Shown: positions 24,690 to 37,730 of the stretch, piece by piece | Layout of the letters: every line of letters begins with the position of its first letter | Position numbering within the stretch: position 1 is the first letter of the stretch | From: Balanoglossus misakiensis | Lineage: Eukaryota; Animalia; Hemichordata | Assembly: GCA_040954595.2 (NCBI GenBank) | Contig: CM082577.2 | Coordinates: forward strand, 20,310,303-20,374,302 | Reading direction: 5' to 3' | DNA: 64,000 bases | Position numbers and translations under genes: made by a program | The notes under the pieces: generated by a model | Told to the model about the DNA's origin: nothing | The model's input: the letters and a program-made list of their open reading frames with translations, nothing else | The model's database searches: none

Positions 24690-26738
24690 AGGTGTTTTAT
24701 AATGATGTACAAAGTTGTGTGGTTAATAATGTTTTTTTTTCCACGGGGTGGTTCACCGTAGAAAGAGGTATAAGACAAGGTTGTCCTCTGTCAACAGCAT
24801 GTTTGTCATTTCAATAGAACTTTTAGCGATTGTTATAAGAAACTCAAACACCTTGAAAGGAATAACTGTTCCCCCGATGTACGAAACAAAGCATTTCTGA
24901 CTTTGCAGACGACACAACTCTATTTTCAGAAAACGAAAAAGATATCAAAGCAACTATCACAATTTTAAATAAATTCACCAAATGTTCGGGTCTGGAAATA
25001 AATTATAACAAAACTGAGCTATTGCTATTTGGACGCCTAAAGCGTTTGTGGAAATATTCAGGCGATTTTCCTCCTCTTCTCACAGAAACTAAAACGCCTA
25101 TAAGACTACGTGGAATATTTGTTGGACATGATAAAATACAAAATGAGAAACTAAATTGCTGGAACATACTAGTCTACAACAACTATAAAGTAAATTAAAT
25201 ATATGGAAAGCCAGAGATTTAACATTAGCGGGGAAAGTAACACTTTCAAATGTTTCGGAATATTCAAACTTATTTACGCATTGAAGGCAATATCAGTAGC
25301 CGAAGAATTCGTAAAAGAAGCCAATTTGATACTTTTTAGATTTTTATGGAAAGGTAAAAAAACGCATATAAAAACACACAACAATTATGGGGGACCTGGA
25401 TAATGGAGGACTGAAAATGAGAAATGTTATAGAAATGAACAAAGCCTTAAAATTGTCTCACTTAAACCAATTATTAAAAAATGAATCCCCATGGACGCAC
25501 CTAACAAACTTCTATTTTCAAAAACTGGGAGGGTTAAATTTTGTACTTAACTGCAATTATAACGTAAAGAAACTAAATACAAAATTACCAACATTTTATT
25601 CCAACCTCCTGTCATGATCATATTTTGAGGAACTAAAATCATCAACTATACAGACAGCCGAAGATGCAGCCAAACAAATCCTTTGGAATAACCAGAACAC
25701 ATTACAGTTGGAGGGCATATCAATATTTTACAGGACATGGCTAGACCATGGTATTAAATATGTCAGTAATCTTTTTGACGAATATGGTACCCCACTGCCC
25801 TAGAATATATTGCAGGAAAAATATAATATAAAAGTTAATTATGTAACTTACATGGGATTATTAAATGCTATACCGAATATGTGGAAAAGAATATTGAAAA
25901 ATGGGCAATTCACTCATGTAACCGAAAGGGATGATGAGAACTGTCTCAGACAAATTAATATTAATAAAACTACCACGAAAGATTTCTATGAACTGTTTAA
26001 AAACCGTACCTCCCAAAATCGAATACTATAAACAAAATTATGCAAAAAAACGTAGAATGGAAAAAATCATGGTCATTAATATATTCAGTAACAAAGGAGA
26101 CAAAACTGAGAATGTTCCAATTTAAAATCATGCATCGCATCTTAGCCACAAACTCATTTCTAAATAAAATAAAGATTAAAGATACCCCACTTTTGTTCAT
26201 ATTGTAACACTGAAGAAAATATAGAACATTTGTTCTGGAAATGTAAAGAAGCCAGTGATTTCTGGGCCACCTTCCAACTGTTTTACAACAAAAAGACAAA
26301 ACGATTCATAAAACTGACATGTAAAGATGTCGTGTTTGGAGTACTACCTCATAGGGGAAATAAAATGTTAAACCACTTGATGATAATTGCAAAATATTAT
26401 CTGTACTCAAAGAGATTCCTAAATAATCCCACATCCTTTTCTGTTTTCCTTGAAAAAGTACGAAATGTCATTGAGAGAATAATTGCAAAAAAGACTGGGA
26501 AAACAGAACGTTTAGATAAAAATGGGAATCTTTATTTCCCTATTTTGAAGTCACTATTTAAATTCCCTTGTACCTTTAAGTAATCAATCAATCAATCAAT
26601 CAATCAATTTATTTATTATTTTATTGGGAGAATTGTACCTCTTTTTGTTTTTCCTCCCTTTTGATTTTTGTTTCTGTATTTCTTTTGAATTTATGTCTTT
26701 GTTTTTGTTCCTTGCAATAAATAAAAATTAAAAAAAAA
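24690..26738 (+). mobile_element. Second, degenerate L1/Tx1 3' fragment with poly(A) tail
   Basis: RGIRQGCPLS, FADDTT, GGLKM, QFKIMHRILATN, C..C..EENIEHLFWKC; AATAAA plus A-tail at 26716-26738; many frameshifts. Confidence 0.85.
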
Positions 26739-26848
26739 TGTCTACGACCATCTCGCCACTCTCACCCTCCTAAACAGGCCGTCACCCTCAGAGAATGGCA
26801 GAGTCCAAGAAGCGCTTGGTTGGGAAAATAAGTTATCGCTGTATGGTA

Positions 26849-27308
26849 TAGTCTCGGTTACCCAGACGCCTTTGCTTCTTCCGATGCTCTCCAGAAAAAG
26901 GGTCTGGGGAAATGCTATTGAAAGCTTTGTAAAACAAAATGGCCGATGTCAGGATTTTGATCATCGCCTGATTGGCTGAGCTGTCAGTATGACCCGGGTC
27001 ACTGACTCTCGACAATGTGTGATTATTTGTCGTATCTTCATATCAAGAGACCGGTACTTGTTGGTTGATGCGAATGGCAAAATGCGTCCTCTGTTAGCAT
27101 TGTTGGAGAAATTATATGAAATATCTTTTGTAGACGATTGTCGAAACTATTGCAATGACCCGGGTCATACTGACAGCTCAGCCAATCAGGCGATGATCAA
27201 AATCCTGACATCGGCCATTTTGTTTTACAAAGCTTTCAATAGCATTTCCCCAGACCCTTTTTCTGGAGAGCATCGGAAGAAGCAAAGGCGTCTGGGTAAC
27301 CGAGACTA
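26849..27308. mobile_element. MITE with ~150-bp TIRs, TAG..CTA ends, 9-bp TSD (Academ-like)
   Basis: TGTATGGTA|TAGTCTCGGTTACCCAG ... CTGGGTAACCGAGACTA|TGTATGGTA. One arm is copied again at 32522-32662. Confidence 0.85.
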
Positions 27309-27448
27309 TGTATGGTATGGCTTTGGCATCGTTGCCAAACATCATTACGTTCTCCAGAACATTGCTGGTCGATAGCCGTCATATACAAGCCCGCCAACCG
27401 ACGGGACCTCAGTTGTGAGGTCATAATCTGTAAAACACTTTGGTTAAT

Positions 27449-27551
27449 ATACTAAGTCGAGATCTCGAGATACTAAGTCGAGATACTAAGTCAAGATCTA
27501 GAGATACTAAGTCGAGATTTCGAGATACTAAGTCGAGATCTCGAGATACTA
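27449..27551. repeat. 21-bp minisatellite ATACTAAGTCGAGATCTCGAG, ~5 copies
   Basis: Directly visible tandem repeat with one shortened unit. Confidence 0.9.
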
Positions 27552-27597
27552 TTAACCAATGAAGCCTGCCTGACTTGGCAACCTGACTTCTTATACA

Positions 27598-28854
27598 CAG
27601 AATTCTTTTTACCAGCAACAAACGGCAAACTGGCAACATCGTATTTCTTTCATGCCAGCAACGCGTTATCTCTAAAATTGTAACAACGTCACAATGTACT
27701 AGACAAAGAGGCGTCCCCCCATCCCAATTGCGCAGTTGAAGTGCGTGCGTGTTGAGAGAGACGTGTCGACTCGAACTCGGACGACGAGAGTTGTTTAGCG
27801 TGTCGAACGCTGCTCTACGAAGCTCGTAGTTACCTTCTGACCGGGACATTTGCACTTGAACGGACTGGGTTCCTCCCGATGGGTTCTTGCCGATTGCCGC
27901 ACGCCGGCGGGTATGAAAGTGTGGGACGTCGATCCACCGGCCGGCTGCACCGCTCCAAACATGACCAGCTCCACGCCACTTTGAGCTGCACCGCGGTCGG
28001 ATATCCCACCCCGGCTGCCGGACAGCATATGAAGGTGTCTGAGGCCTTTTCTAGTCAAAGTGTACACGTTTAAAACTTTGGGGTTTTCGGAATGGGAAAT
28101 AGCGGAACAAGAACATGGATATATACTAAATCATGAACGCCAAACAAACACGTTGAAAAAGCCAGATCTGAAAAAAATTCATGTGGCGTCCGCCGCTGGG
28201 TGCATTGACGCGTCAACGTTTTTTTTCAAACAACGTAACCTGTCACGATTGCTGCCACAAACAACAAGTTCATGCCTAGGTCGAGAAAGTTCTCAAGCGG
28301 CCGGGTGATCGCGGCAAGGTTAGCGGCGGCCTCGCACGCCCGAATTTGCCACAAAACTATCAGTCCACACAGCAATGCTGTTCAAACTCTTCCGTCGTAT
28401 TTATTTCAACACACATTCAGAATACAACACAGCAGTTTGGTACGTCGTCTCTATCCTACACTGCTAATTCTCATCTCAATCTCTAAAAAAAGTTCAACAG
28501 ACGGGATACACTGCAACCTGCGGCACTAGGAAAGGCAGAATTCACGTCTCTGCTTCACAGGAATCTACCGACCTGAAGTGGGAGGAACCCAGTCCGTTCA
28601 AGTACAAATGTTCCGGTAAGTAGGTAACTACGAGCTTCGTTTCGTAGAGCAGCGTTCGAGTCGACGCGTCTCTCTCAACACGCACGTTCTTCAACTGCGC
28701 AATAGGGATGGGGGGACGTCTCTTTGTCTACTAAATTGTGACGTTGTTACAATTTAAGAGATAACGTGTCGGCCCCCTCAAAGAAAGCCGGTGGCCCCCT
28801 CAAAGAAAGCCGGTGTTGCTAGTTTGGCATTTGTTGCTGGTAAAAAGAATTCTG
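27598..28854. mobile_element. Non-autonomous DNA element with ~280-bp diverged TIRs
   Basis: 27598-27878 (CAGAATTCTTTTTACCAGCAAC...GGGTTCCTCCC) is inverted at 28580-28854; TA on the right flank. Confidence 0.7.
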
Positions 28855-29069
28855 TAATAAACGATATAACCTCGTTGATATCAGAGTGATTTTAGACAAG
28901 ATACTTACTCTTGGGTTCATTGTGTCAACTGAACTGTGAGCTGTGACGTGTTCTGAATTATGTAAATTGTCTTTAAACGAACACGTGTTTGAATACCAAA
29001 TTCTCAAGTCATTATGTAAATTGTCCTTAAATGAACACGTGTTTGATAATTATTCAACATTGTGGGCAT

Positions 29070-29555
29070 CTTCGCTGGGAGAGAGCGAGATTTGGCTACG
29101 ATGTGAAACAATGTAATTTTGGTATGACGTGCAAGAGGGCGCTCGTGATAATTTGACAACAGGCGAGGTACGCCTTGCAATTGCACAGTGCTGACGCCGT
29201 TGGCAAGGCTTTACGACGACAGTATTGAGTTTGTCGAGGAATCAAAGATTGCAACAACAAAACTGATGCTAAACCTGCTCTTCGCAAACATAATTTTCAA
29301 GATTTATGCGCAGAATCACTGGGAAAGAGCGAGAATTGGCTAAATGTACCTTACGATGTGAAACAAAGTAATTGTGATATTAATGTTAAAGAGGGCGCTC
29401 GTCATAATTTGACAACAGGCGAGTCCGTGAGTTTCGCCTTGCACAGCGGAGAAGCCTTTGGCAAGGCTTTACGACGACAGTAGTGAATTTGTCGACAAAT
29501 TATGGATTGCAACAGCAAAACAGTTGTAAAACCTACTGCTCGCGAACATTATTTC
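29070..29555. repeat. Two diverged ~250-bp tandem copies
   Basis: GAGGGCGCTCGT.ATAATTTGACAACAGGCGAG and GGCAAGGCTTTACGACGACAGTA each occur twice. Confidence 0.75.
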
Positions 29556-30224
29556 GACATGATGTTTTTACATAAATGCGCTACTCGTTTTTATCACTTG
29601 CCTGATGTTCTTTTTACGCTCGTAGTCGTATCAATATTTCTAAATACTCGCCCATCAACAGATGCACGAGTAGTTTTAACGAACTTCTACGTACTCATCC
29701 ATATGTAGACATCTTCAGTAGCCAAGCTCAGTTTCAAACCGACACCAAAAATTCCATTTTTGGTAGAGTGCCCACATAATTCTTGTTTTTTCTTGATTTT
29801 CCTCTGATATTTTGTATATACATCCCTTCATTTTATTTAACTTGTTCTATGTATAGTGTATGCATTTGTCTGTTGTAGTTTTGTTTTTTGAGATATATTT
29901 GGAACCTGTAAATGGGACTAGATCCCATAGGCTTTCCCAATAAATAGATAAAATAAATAAACATAATATTCAAGATATGTGGGTGGCATCACTGAAAAAG
30001 AGCGAGAATTATTACAATAACAAGAATAACTTTATTGCTCAACAACACAAAGTTGATGTGTCAAGACATAGTACAAATTTACACGCTTTTAGACATTCCT
30101 CCCTGCCCCCCCTCTCTCTCTCCCTCTCAACCCAAAAAATGTCCAGATTTTGACAGGTATAATGCCCGTGGAATATTGCTGCTATTTGGCAATCGCAAAA
30201 AGACTGTAGTTGACATTATAATAT

Positions 30225-30671
30225 ACCTCATGCTAATACTGTGCCGTGATTCGCCAGAATCCGTCACGTGATAGGAAAATAGAATCGACTATGAACCGCT
30301 AGGGAAATAGCAGAAAAAATATAAACCGGTCACGTGACCAGCGTGAGTGCGCAGACTCGGTCACGTCAATCAGCGTCGCGTTGTCTGACACAATGGCCAC
30401 CGCGGAAGATGTCGTCTGCCAACCTCAAGAGAAAATTGCAAGATTTTCCCAGATGTTAGCATGAGGTTTATTATAAAACACCTATAGCCTGGCCTATATT
30501 CGGGCCATAGCAGCCGTTTTTACCCCCTCGTGACTGTGAGTTACCAGAATCATATGCTATTTCCCTCGGCCCGCGGCCTCGGGAAATAGCATATGATTCT
30601 GGTAACTCACAGCCCCTCGGGTGTAATAAACGGCCGCTATGGCCCTCATGGCCAGGCAATAGGTGTTCAAT
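30225..30671 (+). mobile_element. Non-autonomous palindrome-bearing DNA element (Crypton-like?), copy 2
   Basis: ~200-bp imperfect hairpin 30475-30670 centred on CTCGGCCCGCGGCCTCGG; homologous to 8510-8920. Confidence 0.65.
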
Positions 30672-30797
30672 ATTGACCCGTCATAGATTAGACAAACGAC
30701 AGAGGAAACAAATTTCTTCAATCCACACTCCAGATCAGTTTATTACCTAACAATAATTAGAAAGCAAATGTCATTCAAAAGACAAAACGTGTAAGTC

Positions 30798-30863
30798 GAG
30801 GGGTTGCTTCTCAGATTCTATGACTGAATCAATTTGTTTACCATAGTATCGTCATAAGCCCTC
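30798..30863 (-). promoter_or_regulatory. SECIS element of paralog B
   Basis: GAGGGCTT-ATGA-C-GATACTATGGT-AAA-...-TCATAGAATC-TGAG-AAGCAACCCCTC: both helices pair, GA/GA core, apical AAA. Lies ~135 nt after the stop; AATAAA at 30739-30744. Confidence 0.85.
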
Positions 30864-30996
30864 TTATGAACCATATACAGCATACTCATCATTTGAAAAG
30901 TTAACCCTTGCCCTTATCTGTCGACGTCCGCTGTCTTTGCACTCAACATAATGTATTTGTCAGCTTATAGTTTTTAAATTCATTGTCCATGTTCAA

Positions 30997-31828
30997 TTAA
31001 TTTTCATCAAGCCACTCTCTGACTTCGTCCGTGACAATCTTCATGGGATTTTCCATCTGTGCAACCATAGTTGATCCTATAAACTTGACGATGTCCTTCT
31101 GGATGATGAAGGCTCTTACTGGATAACCTGAATAAGCTGTGATGAATGTGTTTGCCATGTCGTCAGCGAGCATGCGCACTCGATTGTTGTCTCCAATATC
31201 GGTCGTGAAGGTTTGGTTGTGAGAGTCAAACCCAATCAACATTCTGTGGGTGAAAAAATGGCATGATTTTAAAGGTTAACAGTTATTGTTGGAACTGTCA
31301 AGTAAAACGTCTGATTTCATCACTGTGCATGGAAGAGGGGATGGAGAGGGGAGAGAGGTAGCCCGGAGACACAGGCGTCGATCTAGAATACAACGCCCGG
31401 TGACAGTCGAGAAATTTCCTGCTGAGCTGAAAGATAGTAGCCCTGGCAACGATCAGGGTCGCTTAGTAACGAATGGATAACGAGTGATCTATCAAATGTT
31501 GACGGGCGCCAGTGGTTGGATGATATAATTAACGTAGCTTGGTAAATCACTCCCACACCCTGTCGCGGGAATTTCACACATGACTCCACCTCTATTTCCT
31601 TATTTAGAATGCGATGATGTCATTTGGTTTACATTGAGTGACCAATTAGCTTACACGCAAGATTTACCACCCGTGTCGTTCTGCGCACAGAATTCGGTGC
31701 GTAAATAGAGACTGTCACCGGGCGTTCCTTTTCCCCTACTACGCCTGTGTCTCCGGGCTAGGAGAGAGGTGAAGAGAATGAGGAGAGGAGAGGAGAGAAC
31801 GGAAGAGGTGGAGAGATGAAGAGGTGAG

Positions 31829-31863
<35 letters not shown>

Positions 31864-34076
31864 ACAAGAATGAGAGAGTTGTAAAGGGGGTAACAGATGA
31901 ACAGGGGAAACACTAAGGAGAGATACACCTGGAGACGGGGAGGTGAGAGAAAGCTGGCGAGAGAAGGAGGGAGGGAGGGATGCGGCTGATCAGACGGATG
32001 GATAAATGGATAACCAGAGAAACTGCTAATGCAAAATAAAGCCTACCTTGCAGCTTCAATTCGATCCTCGATATTCTTGTGCTGGCTAAGGCAACTCAGT
32101 ACACTTCCTATATTGAAACCTTCTTTTTCGTGAGCTTCGCGGGTGTAGATAAACAGAAACTCGGCCTGTTCACAAAAGTCTGTATGTAATTTACGGAGAG
32201 CGCCACAGTCAACTATGACCTGTTACAAAATAAAACAAGGGCGATGGTGAATTTCCGGCAACATTGGGAGGTAGGCGCACTCACATTTACGATGTTTTCC
32301 TATCCAACGTGTGGGCTATAGAGCTAGTAAAGTAGAAGATAGCGCACTCCAGAGGGATCAGATAACATGTTGCATGTGATTAATATTTCATTCGTTGTTT
32401 GAATATTAATTCATTCGGAGACAAGCACAGGTGGCTGAATTATTTCTATGTCGGAGAATTATAGTGAGGTCATTGGTTATCCCTAAGAACGAGCACAAAC
32501 TTGAGCGACCAAATACATTCCCATACTGATAGCTCAGCCAATCAGGCAATGATCAAAATCCTGACATCGGCCATTTTGTTTTACAAAGCTTTCAATAGTA
32601 TTTCCCCAGACCCTTTTCTGGAGAGCATCGGAAGAGCAAAGGCGTCTGGGTAACCGAGACTATTGTAATATTTGACACATATACATAGACGACACAGCAT
32701 TTAAGTCTTTTATTGTTGGTCACACCACCGTGGTCACACTCAATTACCACTTTCACATCCACCCTCACACCCCCCTCGGCCTCCCCTAAGAAATAATGGT
32801 ATCGCCCGGGGGTATCGTTAGCGCCGTGTACCAATGACCTCACTATAATTCTCCGACATAGAAATAATTCAGCCACCTGTGGAGACAAGTTGCATACATG
32901 ACATGTTCTAAATCTTTGAATTGTTTACACTTAACCCAGTTTTTTAGTCATGACTGTGAGTGTGTTGTAAGCATGTGTACATATGTATTTGTTTGTGTGT
33001 GTATGTCCGATCTATGTACATTTGTAATTAAACAATTTCAGTGTACTTTCTTATTATCTGCAAGTGATATATTGCAATGAGATTTTATATTACATGTATT
33101 ATGTAATGTGCTGTAGAAGAAATAGATATTATTATTATTTTTATTTAACCTGTTTTTCTGCTTCTGGTAGATATTGACATCTTAACTCACACAACAAACT
33201 TTGTGAAATGTGACTGGTACTTTAGTAAGAATGCCCACAATTAATACTGATACGCAGTCATTTACTGAGGGACCGTTAAGTTTTTATGGCTGGGGGGGGG
33301 GGGGGGATGGCAAGTTTGTGTCATGGGTTTTCAAAATCAGGCCGTCCCCCCCTTCACCCAGGACCCAAAAATGATGACCCCCCTTTGACAGGCCAAAAAA
33401 TATGACTCCCCCCCCGACGCCGAAAACATTCGCCGTCCTGATCCTATGTACACTGTGTATGCAATAAAGGGAACGAGGCTTCCCACACCTCAATTATAAA
33501 TTTCTTAAAGTAATTGAAGTATATAATAGTATATCGTTGCAATAAGAATGAATTATGAATAAATTAAAATAACAAGTCAATACAATAGTTGCTAGAATTG
33601 GTAAAACAAGACAAGTGGCGGGGGTGGGTGTGGGAGGGGGTGTCCCCCTCGCACATAAGAAAATTTTGTAAAATATCGGGCTGAAAGTTGCATTTTAATG
33701 AACTCAAAAGCAAATTAACTCAATGTTGGGGAGGACAAATTTTAATTTTGCCACTCCACTCAAAGTGATCATCGTGGGTGGGGTGGCAAGAAGTCTGCCC
33801 TGGTACACTAGACAAACCAGCGAATAAATGTAATTAATGTGGCGAAGAATGGAGGGGATGGGTGTGGGAGGGGGTGTAATTTTATTTTGTAAAATAAAGG
33901 GCGCGAAACTGCAATTTTGTGGACTCAAAAGCAAAAGTTCGGTGGCAAAAGTATGTGACCCCCCTCTAAACGTTTAAAAAAAAAAGATGACCCCCCCTTT
34001 TGGACTTCAAATTTTAAGTGACCCCCCCCCCCCCAGCCGTAAAAACTGAACGGTCCCTAAACCCTGTGATCTTTGC

Positions 34077-34109
<33 letters not shown>

Positions 34110-34973
34110 CTTACGCGACCCCCGGGTCAGCTGAGAGACGTTGAAAATATCACCAACAACTTCTTTTCATTCAGGTGCAGTTGAGACAACAGAACCCGCT
34201 CTTTTGTTTCCATGGCAACTAGCTCCACATCAGGCCGCTTGTCACCCACTTTTAGGCCATCTGGCTTTGGTCTTCCTTTTGTCCTCATGTAATCGAAATA
34301 CTCCACAAACTACAAAATAACACATAAATAAAAATGTTATTGAGGTCATGGGGATGAGGGCCAGAGGGTAGCCTAGCTCCCTCCCCATCCAAACTAGCAA
34401 ATAAACTTTAAATTGTTTTTGGAGACTGTCCGCCAACTCTATAGAATATCTAGTCAGATATGCTGGGCGTGTTGTAGCTCTGGGGTACTTCAATTGAGGC
34501 TGTGGACAAACTTGCTGCCTGAAACACAGTAACTCCACAGAGTGACTGTGACTGAAACTACATGTATGTCACCCTCTAAACAAACTTTTAGAATGTTATT
34601 TTTGGGAAACTTAATCCGCCAAATGTTTTTAGGAAAATGTCTGCCATATCTATAGATTATCGGTCAACAGTTTATACCGGCAAAAAGGATTTATGGAAGT
34701 GTCAAAACTTACATCGGGATCCAGTCCCCAGCGATCAAAAACCAGGGTTGGCAAAAACACGCCATCTTGTAAAACAGTCGGGTCGACGCCACTGTCACGC
34801 AAAGCCTGTCTGCCACATTCCCACCAAAGATGATACATTTGAAAAACCAGGTCAGCTTTGCCAGGGTCCAGTCTGGTCTCCGATCTCTTCAGATTCTCCT
34901 CAGAAAACAGAATTTCACGGAAAGACTTGAGAACCCGACATACCAGATTTTTGTCGTCTATCCAAGATGCCAT
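30997..34973 (-). CDS. Iodothyronine deiodinase-like selenoprotein, paralog B (~291 aa, 4 exons)
   Basis: Exons 34973-34713, 34309-34115, 32219-32047, 31243-30997 with GT-AG ends and consistent phases. In-frame TGA at 34127-34129 in KLLVIFSTSLS-U-PGG; FLFIYTREAH; ADDMANTF...YSGYPVRAFII. Confidence 0.88.
31359..31760. mobile_element. Intronic MITE, TAG..CTA ends, 9-bp TSD (Academ-like)
   Basis: GGAGAGAGG|TAGCCCGGAGACACAGGCGT ... ACGCCTGTGTCTCCGGGCTA|GGAGAGAGG. Confidence 0.85.
32426..32881. mobile_element. Intronic MITE, ~52-bp TIR, 8-bp TSD (P/hAT-like)
   Basis: GAGACAAG|CACAGGTGGCTGAATTATTTC ... GAAATAATTCAGCCACCTGTG|GAGACAAG. Confidence 0.85.
33269..34057. mobile_element. PIF/Harbinger MITE (copy 1)
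   Basis: TIR GGGACCGTT.AGTTTTTA.GGC; flanks TGA/TAA; inverted homolog of 35143-36301. Confidence 0.8.
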
Positions 34974-35142
34974 GGCAACAGGGAGGGAATGTCGTTTGCC
35001 CCAAATCAAGATGTTTTAAGTGCAGATACGTGGTCACGGTGGTGTGTTATGTATATCAATGGTACATGAAGCACTGTGGGTGGATTAACATTAGAATGAT
35101 AAAAGGCCTGAGATGACCTAAATATATAACAGAGTGCACTTA

Positions 35143-36301
35143 GGGACCGTTCAGTTTTTACGGCCGGGGGGGGGGGGGCCGGCAAAATCCAGGGGGGGGG
35201 GGGGGTCACCTAAATTTTGAAGTCTAAAAGGGGGGGGGGGTCATCTGTTTTTTTTTAAACGTTTAGGGGGGGGGGGTCACATACTTTTGCCACCGAACTT
35301 TTGCTTTTGAGTCCACAAAATTGCAGTTTCGCGCCCTTTATTTTACAAAATTTTCCCACCCCCTTCATTCTCCGCAACATTTCATTGTTTGCTGGCTTGT
35401 CTAGTGTACCAGGGCAGAGTGCTTGCCACCCCAACCACCACCGATGATAATATTTAACAAAGTAAATACATAAAGGAGAAAAATCGTTTAAACCATTTCG
35501 CATAACTGATAGTTTCGCGCTGCATCTTCTATGTACTAGAAGTTTTTTAATGATGTCATGACGAAGATGACGCCAAATCTTCTAACTTTGAGTGGAGTGG
35601 CAAAATGCAAAATTGGTCCTCCCAAACATTGAGATAATTTGCTTTTGAGTTCATAAAAATGCAACTTTGAGCTACATATTTTACAAAATTTTCTTAGGTG
35701 GGAGGGGGACACCCCCTCCCACACCCACCCCCTCCATTCTTCGCCACATATCATTTAGTCGCTGGTTTGTCTAGTGTACAAGGGCAAACTTCTTCCCACC
35801 CCACCCCCGATGCTTACTTTGAGTGGAGTGGCAAAATTAAATTTGTCCTGCCTAACATTAGTTAATTTGCTTTTGAGTTCATTAAATTGCAACTTTGAGC
35901 ACCGTATTTTACAAAATTTTCTTATGTGCGAGGGGGACACCCACCCCCTCCACTTTTCTTGTTTTACCGATTCTAGCAACTATTGTATTGACTTGTCATT
36001 TTCATTTGTTCATAGATTTCTTTATTGCAACAATATACTATTATATACTTCAATAATACTTTACGAAATTTATAATTGAGGTGTGAGGAGCCTCATTCCC
36101 TTTATTGCATACAGTGTACATAGGATCAGGAAGGCGAATGTTTTCGGCGTGGGGGGGGGGGTCATCATATTTTTTGGCCTGTCAAAGGGGGGGGGGGGTC
36201 ATCATTTTTTGGTGCTGGGTGAAGGGGGGGTCGGCCTGATTTTGAAAACCCATGACACAAACTTGCCGGCCCCCCCCCTGCCGTAAAAACTGAACGGTCC
36301 C
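35143..36301. mobile_element. PIF/Harbinger MITE (copy 2, longer)
   Basis: TTA|GGGACCGTTCAGTTTTTACGGC ... GCCGTAAAAACTGAACGGTCCC|TTA; internal duplication ~35585-35950. Confidence 0.85.
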
Positions 36302-36669
36302 TTAGATCAGACATTCTATTTACTCAGGGGGTGCCTATCCTATACCCCAGACTACGCACCCTCATTGACTTGCAAAAAAGCTCACACAGAACTACTGCTA
36401 ACATGTTCAATTCTTCTGATTTGAAGAGCCTGGAGATGGGAGTGATATTTCTGACATTGCAATGTTGCCAAGATTTTCAAAGTCACCATCTTCAAACATA
36501 CACAAAAAAACATTTGAAGTTAGTTTTGTTGAAGTTATAAACACTTGTGGAAGACTATTTCACACTCTATTATGTTCTAGTTGTTTTGCTATTATTTGCA
36601 TGTTTCCTCTGACAAATTAGACTTCACCAGGTGTTATTGAGAACGAACAAAAAAGTAATACACGTGCAT

Positions 36670-36879
<210 letters not shown>

Positions 36880-36917
36880 GTCCGTGTACCAAAGTTACCA
36901 TGCCATTTCAACTTCAA

Positions 36918-37004
36918 CCCTTTCACTCCCAGTTCCCTCTTTTGAGGTCCAACTAAATACCATAGAAAATAATGAGTTTGGACTAAACAATGATGGTAAA
37001 AGGG
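36918..37004. mobile_element. Short piggyBac-like MITE (second copy at 46206-46289)
   Basis: CCCTTTCAC...AAAGGG|TTAA; the 46206 copy has TTAA on both sides. Confidence 0.7.
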
Positions 37005-37164
37005 TTAAATCAGACAACTGACTGACAGTGTTAAGGTTGCAAAACAACACAACACAGGAACGCAATTTTTTCAGAACAGCAAATGATGAATAAGAAATTT
37101 TATTTTCAAGAGACTTGTCTGCCATTTGCTTTTAGAACATTCAGTGAACCACGCATGAAATTTG

Positions 37165-37227
37165 CAAGAATTTTTCTCCAACTGTCAGCATTTTCAACAT
37201 TTTATCTGACAATCATCATTTATCTTG
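37165..37227 (-). promoter_or_regulatory. Candidate SECIS element of paralog A
   Basis: CAAGATAA-ATGA-T-GATTGTCAGAT-AAAA-...-CTGACAGTT-GGAG-AAAAATTCTTG: 9-bp helix II, weak helix I. AATAAA follows ~60 nt downstream (37099-37104). Confidence 0.55.
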
Positions 37228-37730
37228 AAGATATTCATGGTTCTAGTTCCACAATGCGATGTTCATTTGCTGAAGGCAATTTCTGTTGGACATATCTTCA
37301 CATGTAATACTTGAGAGGAGTAACAATGCACATATCATAGTAATGATGAGGAAAGTAGAGGAGAAAAAGGACCAATTTGTATTGAAATGCTGTTCTTGAC
37401 TGTAAAGTTGTATTCTTTGACTGGTTTACAGTATACACATATTGACTGGCCATGAGGGCAACAGCATACATGTAGGTCTGTAACCCGTGAAATATCCCAT
37501 GATTCATTCTGATTTGTACAATGATAGATTACTCAGTCAAACCAGGCAAAGTTCACATGTGTAGAGAAAATTGTAGACCACTAATACAAATTTTGAGAGC
37601 ATACTTTAAAGGTGAATCTTATTGTCAATTACCATTTCAAATGATTTTAAAAATCATGCATTATTGAAAGAGGAGATACGAATTTTATAAAATAATCAAG
37701 CAATTGCATAGCCAGCCATACAAAAAGTTG

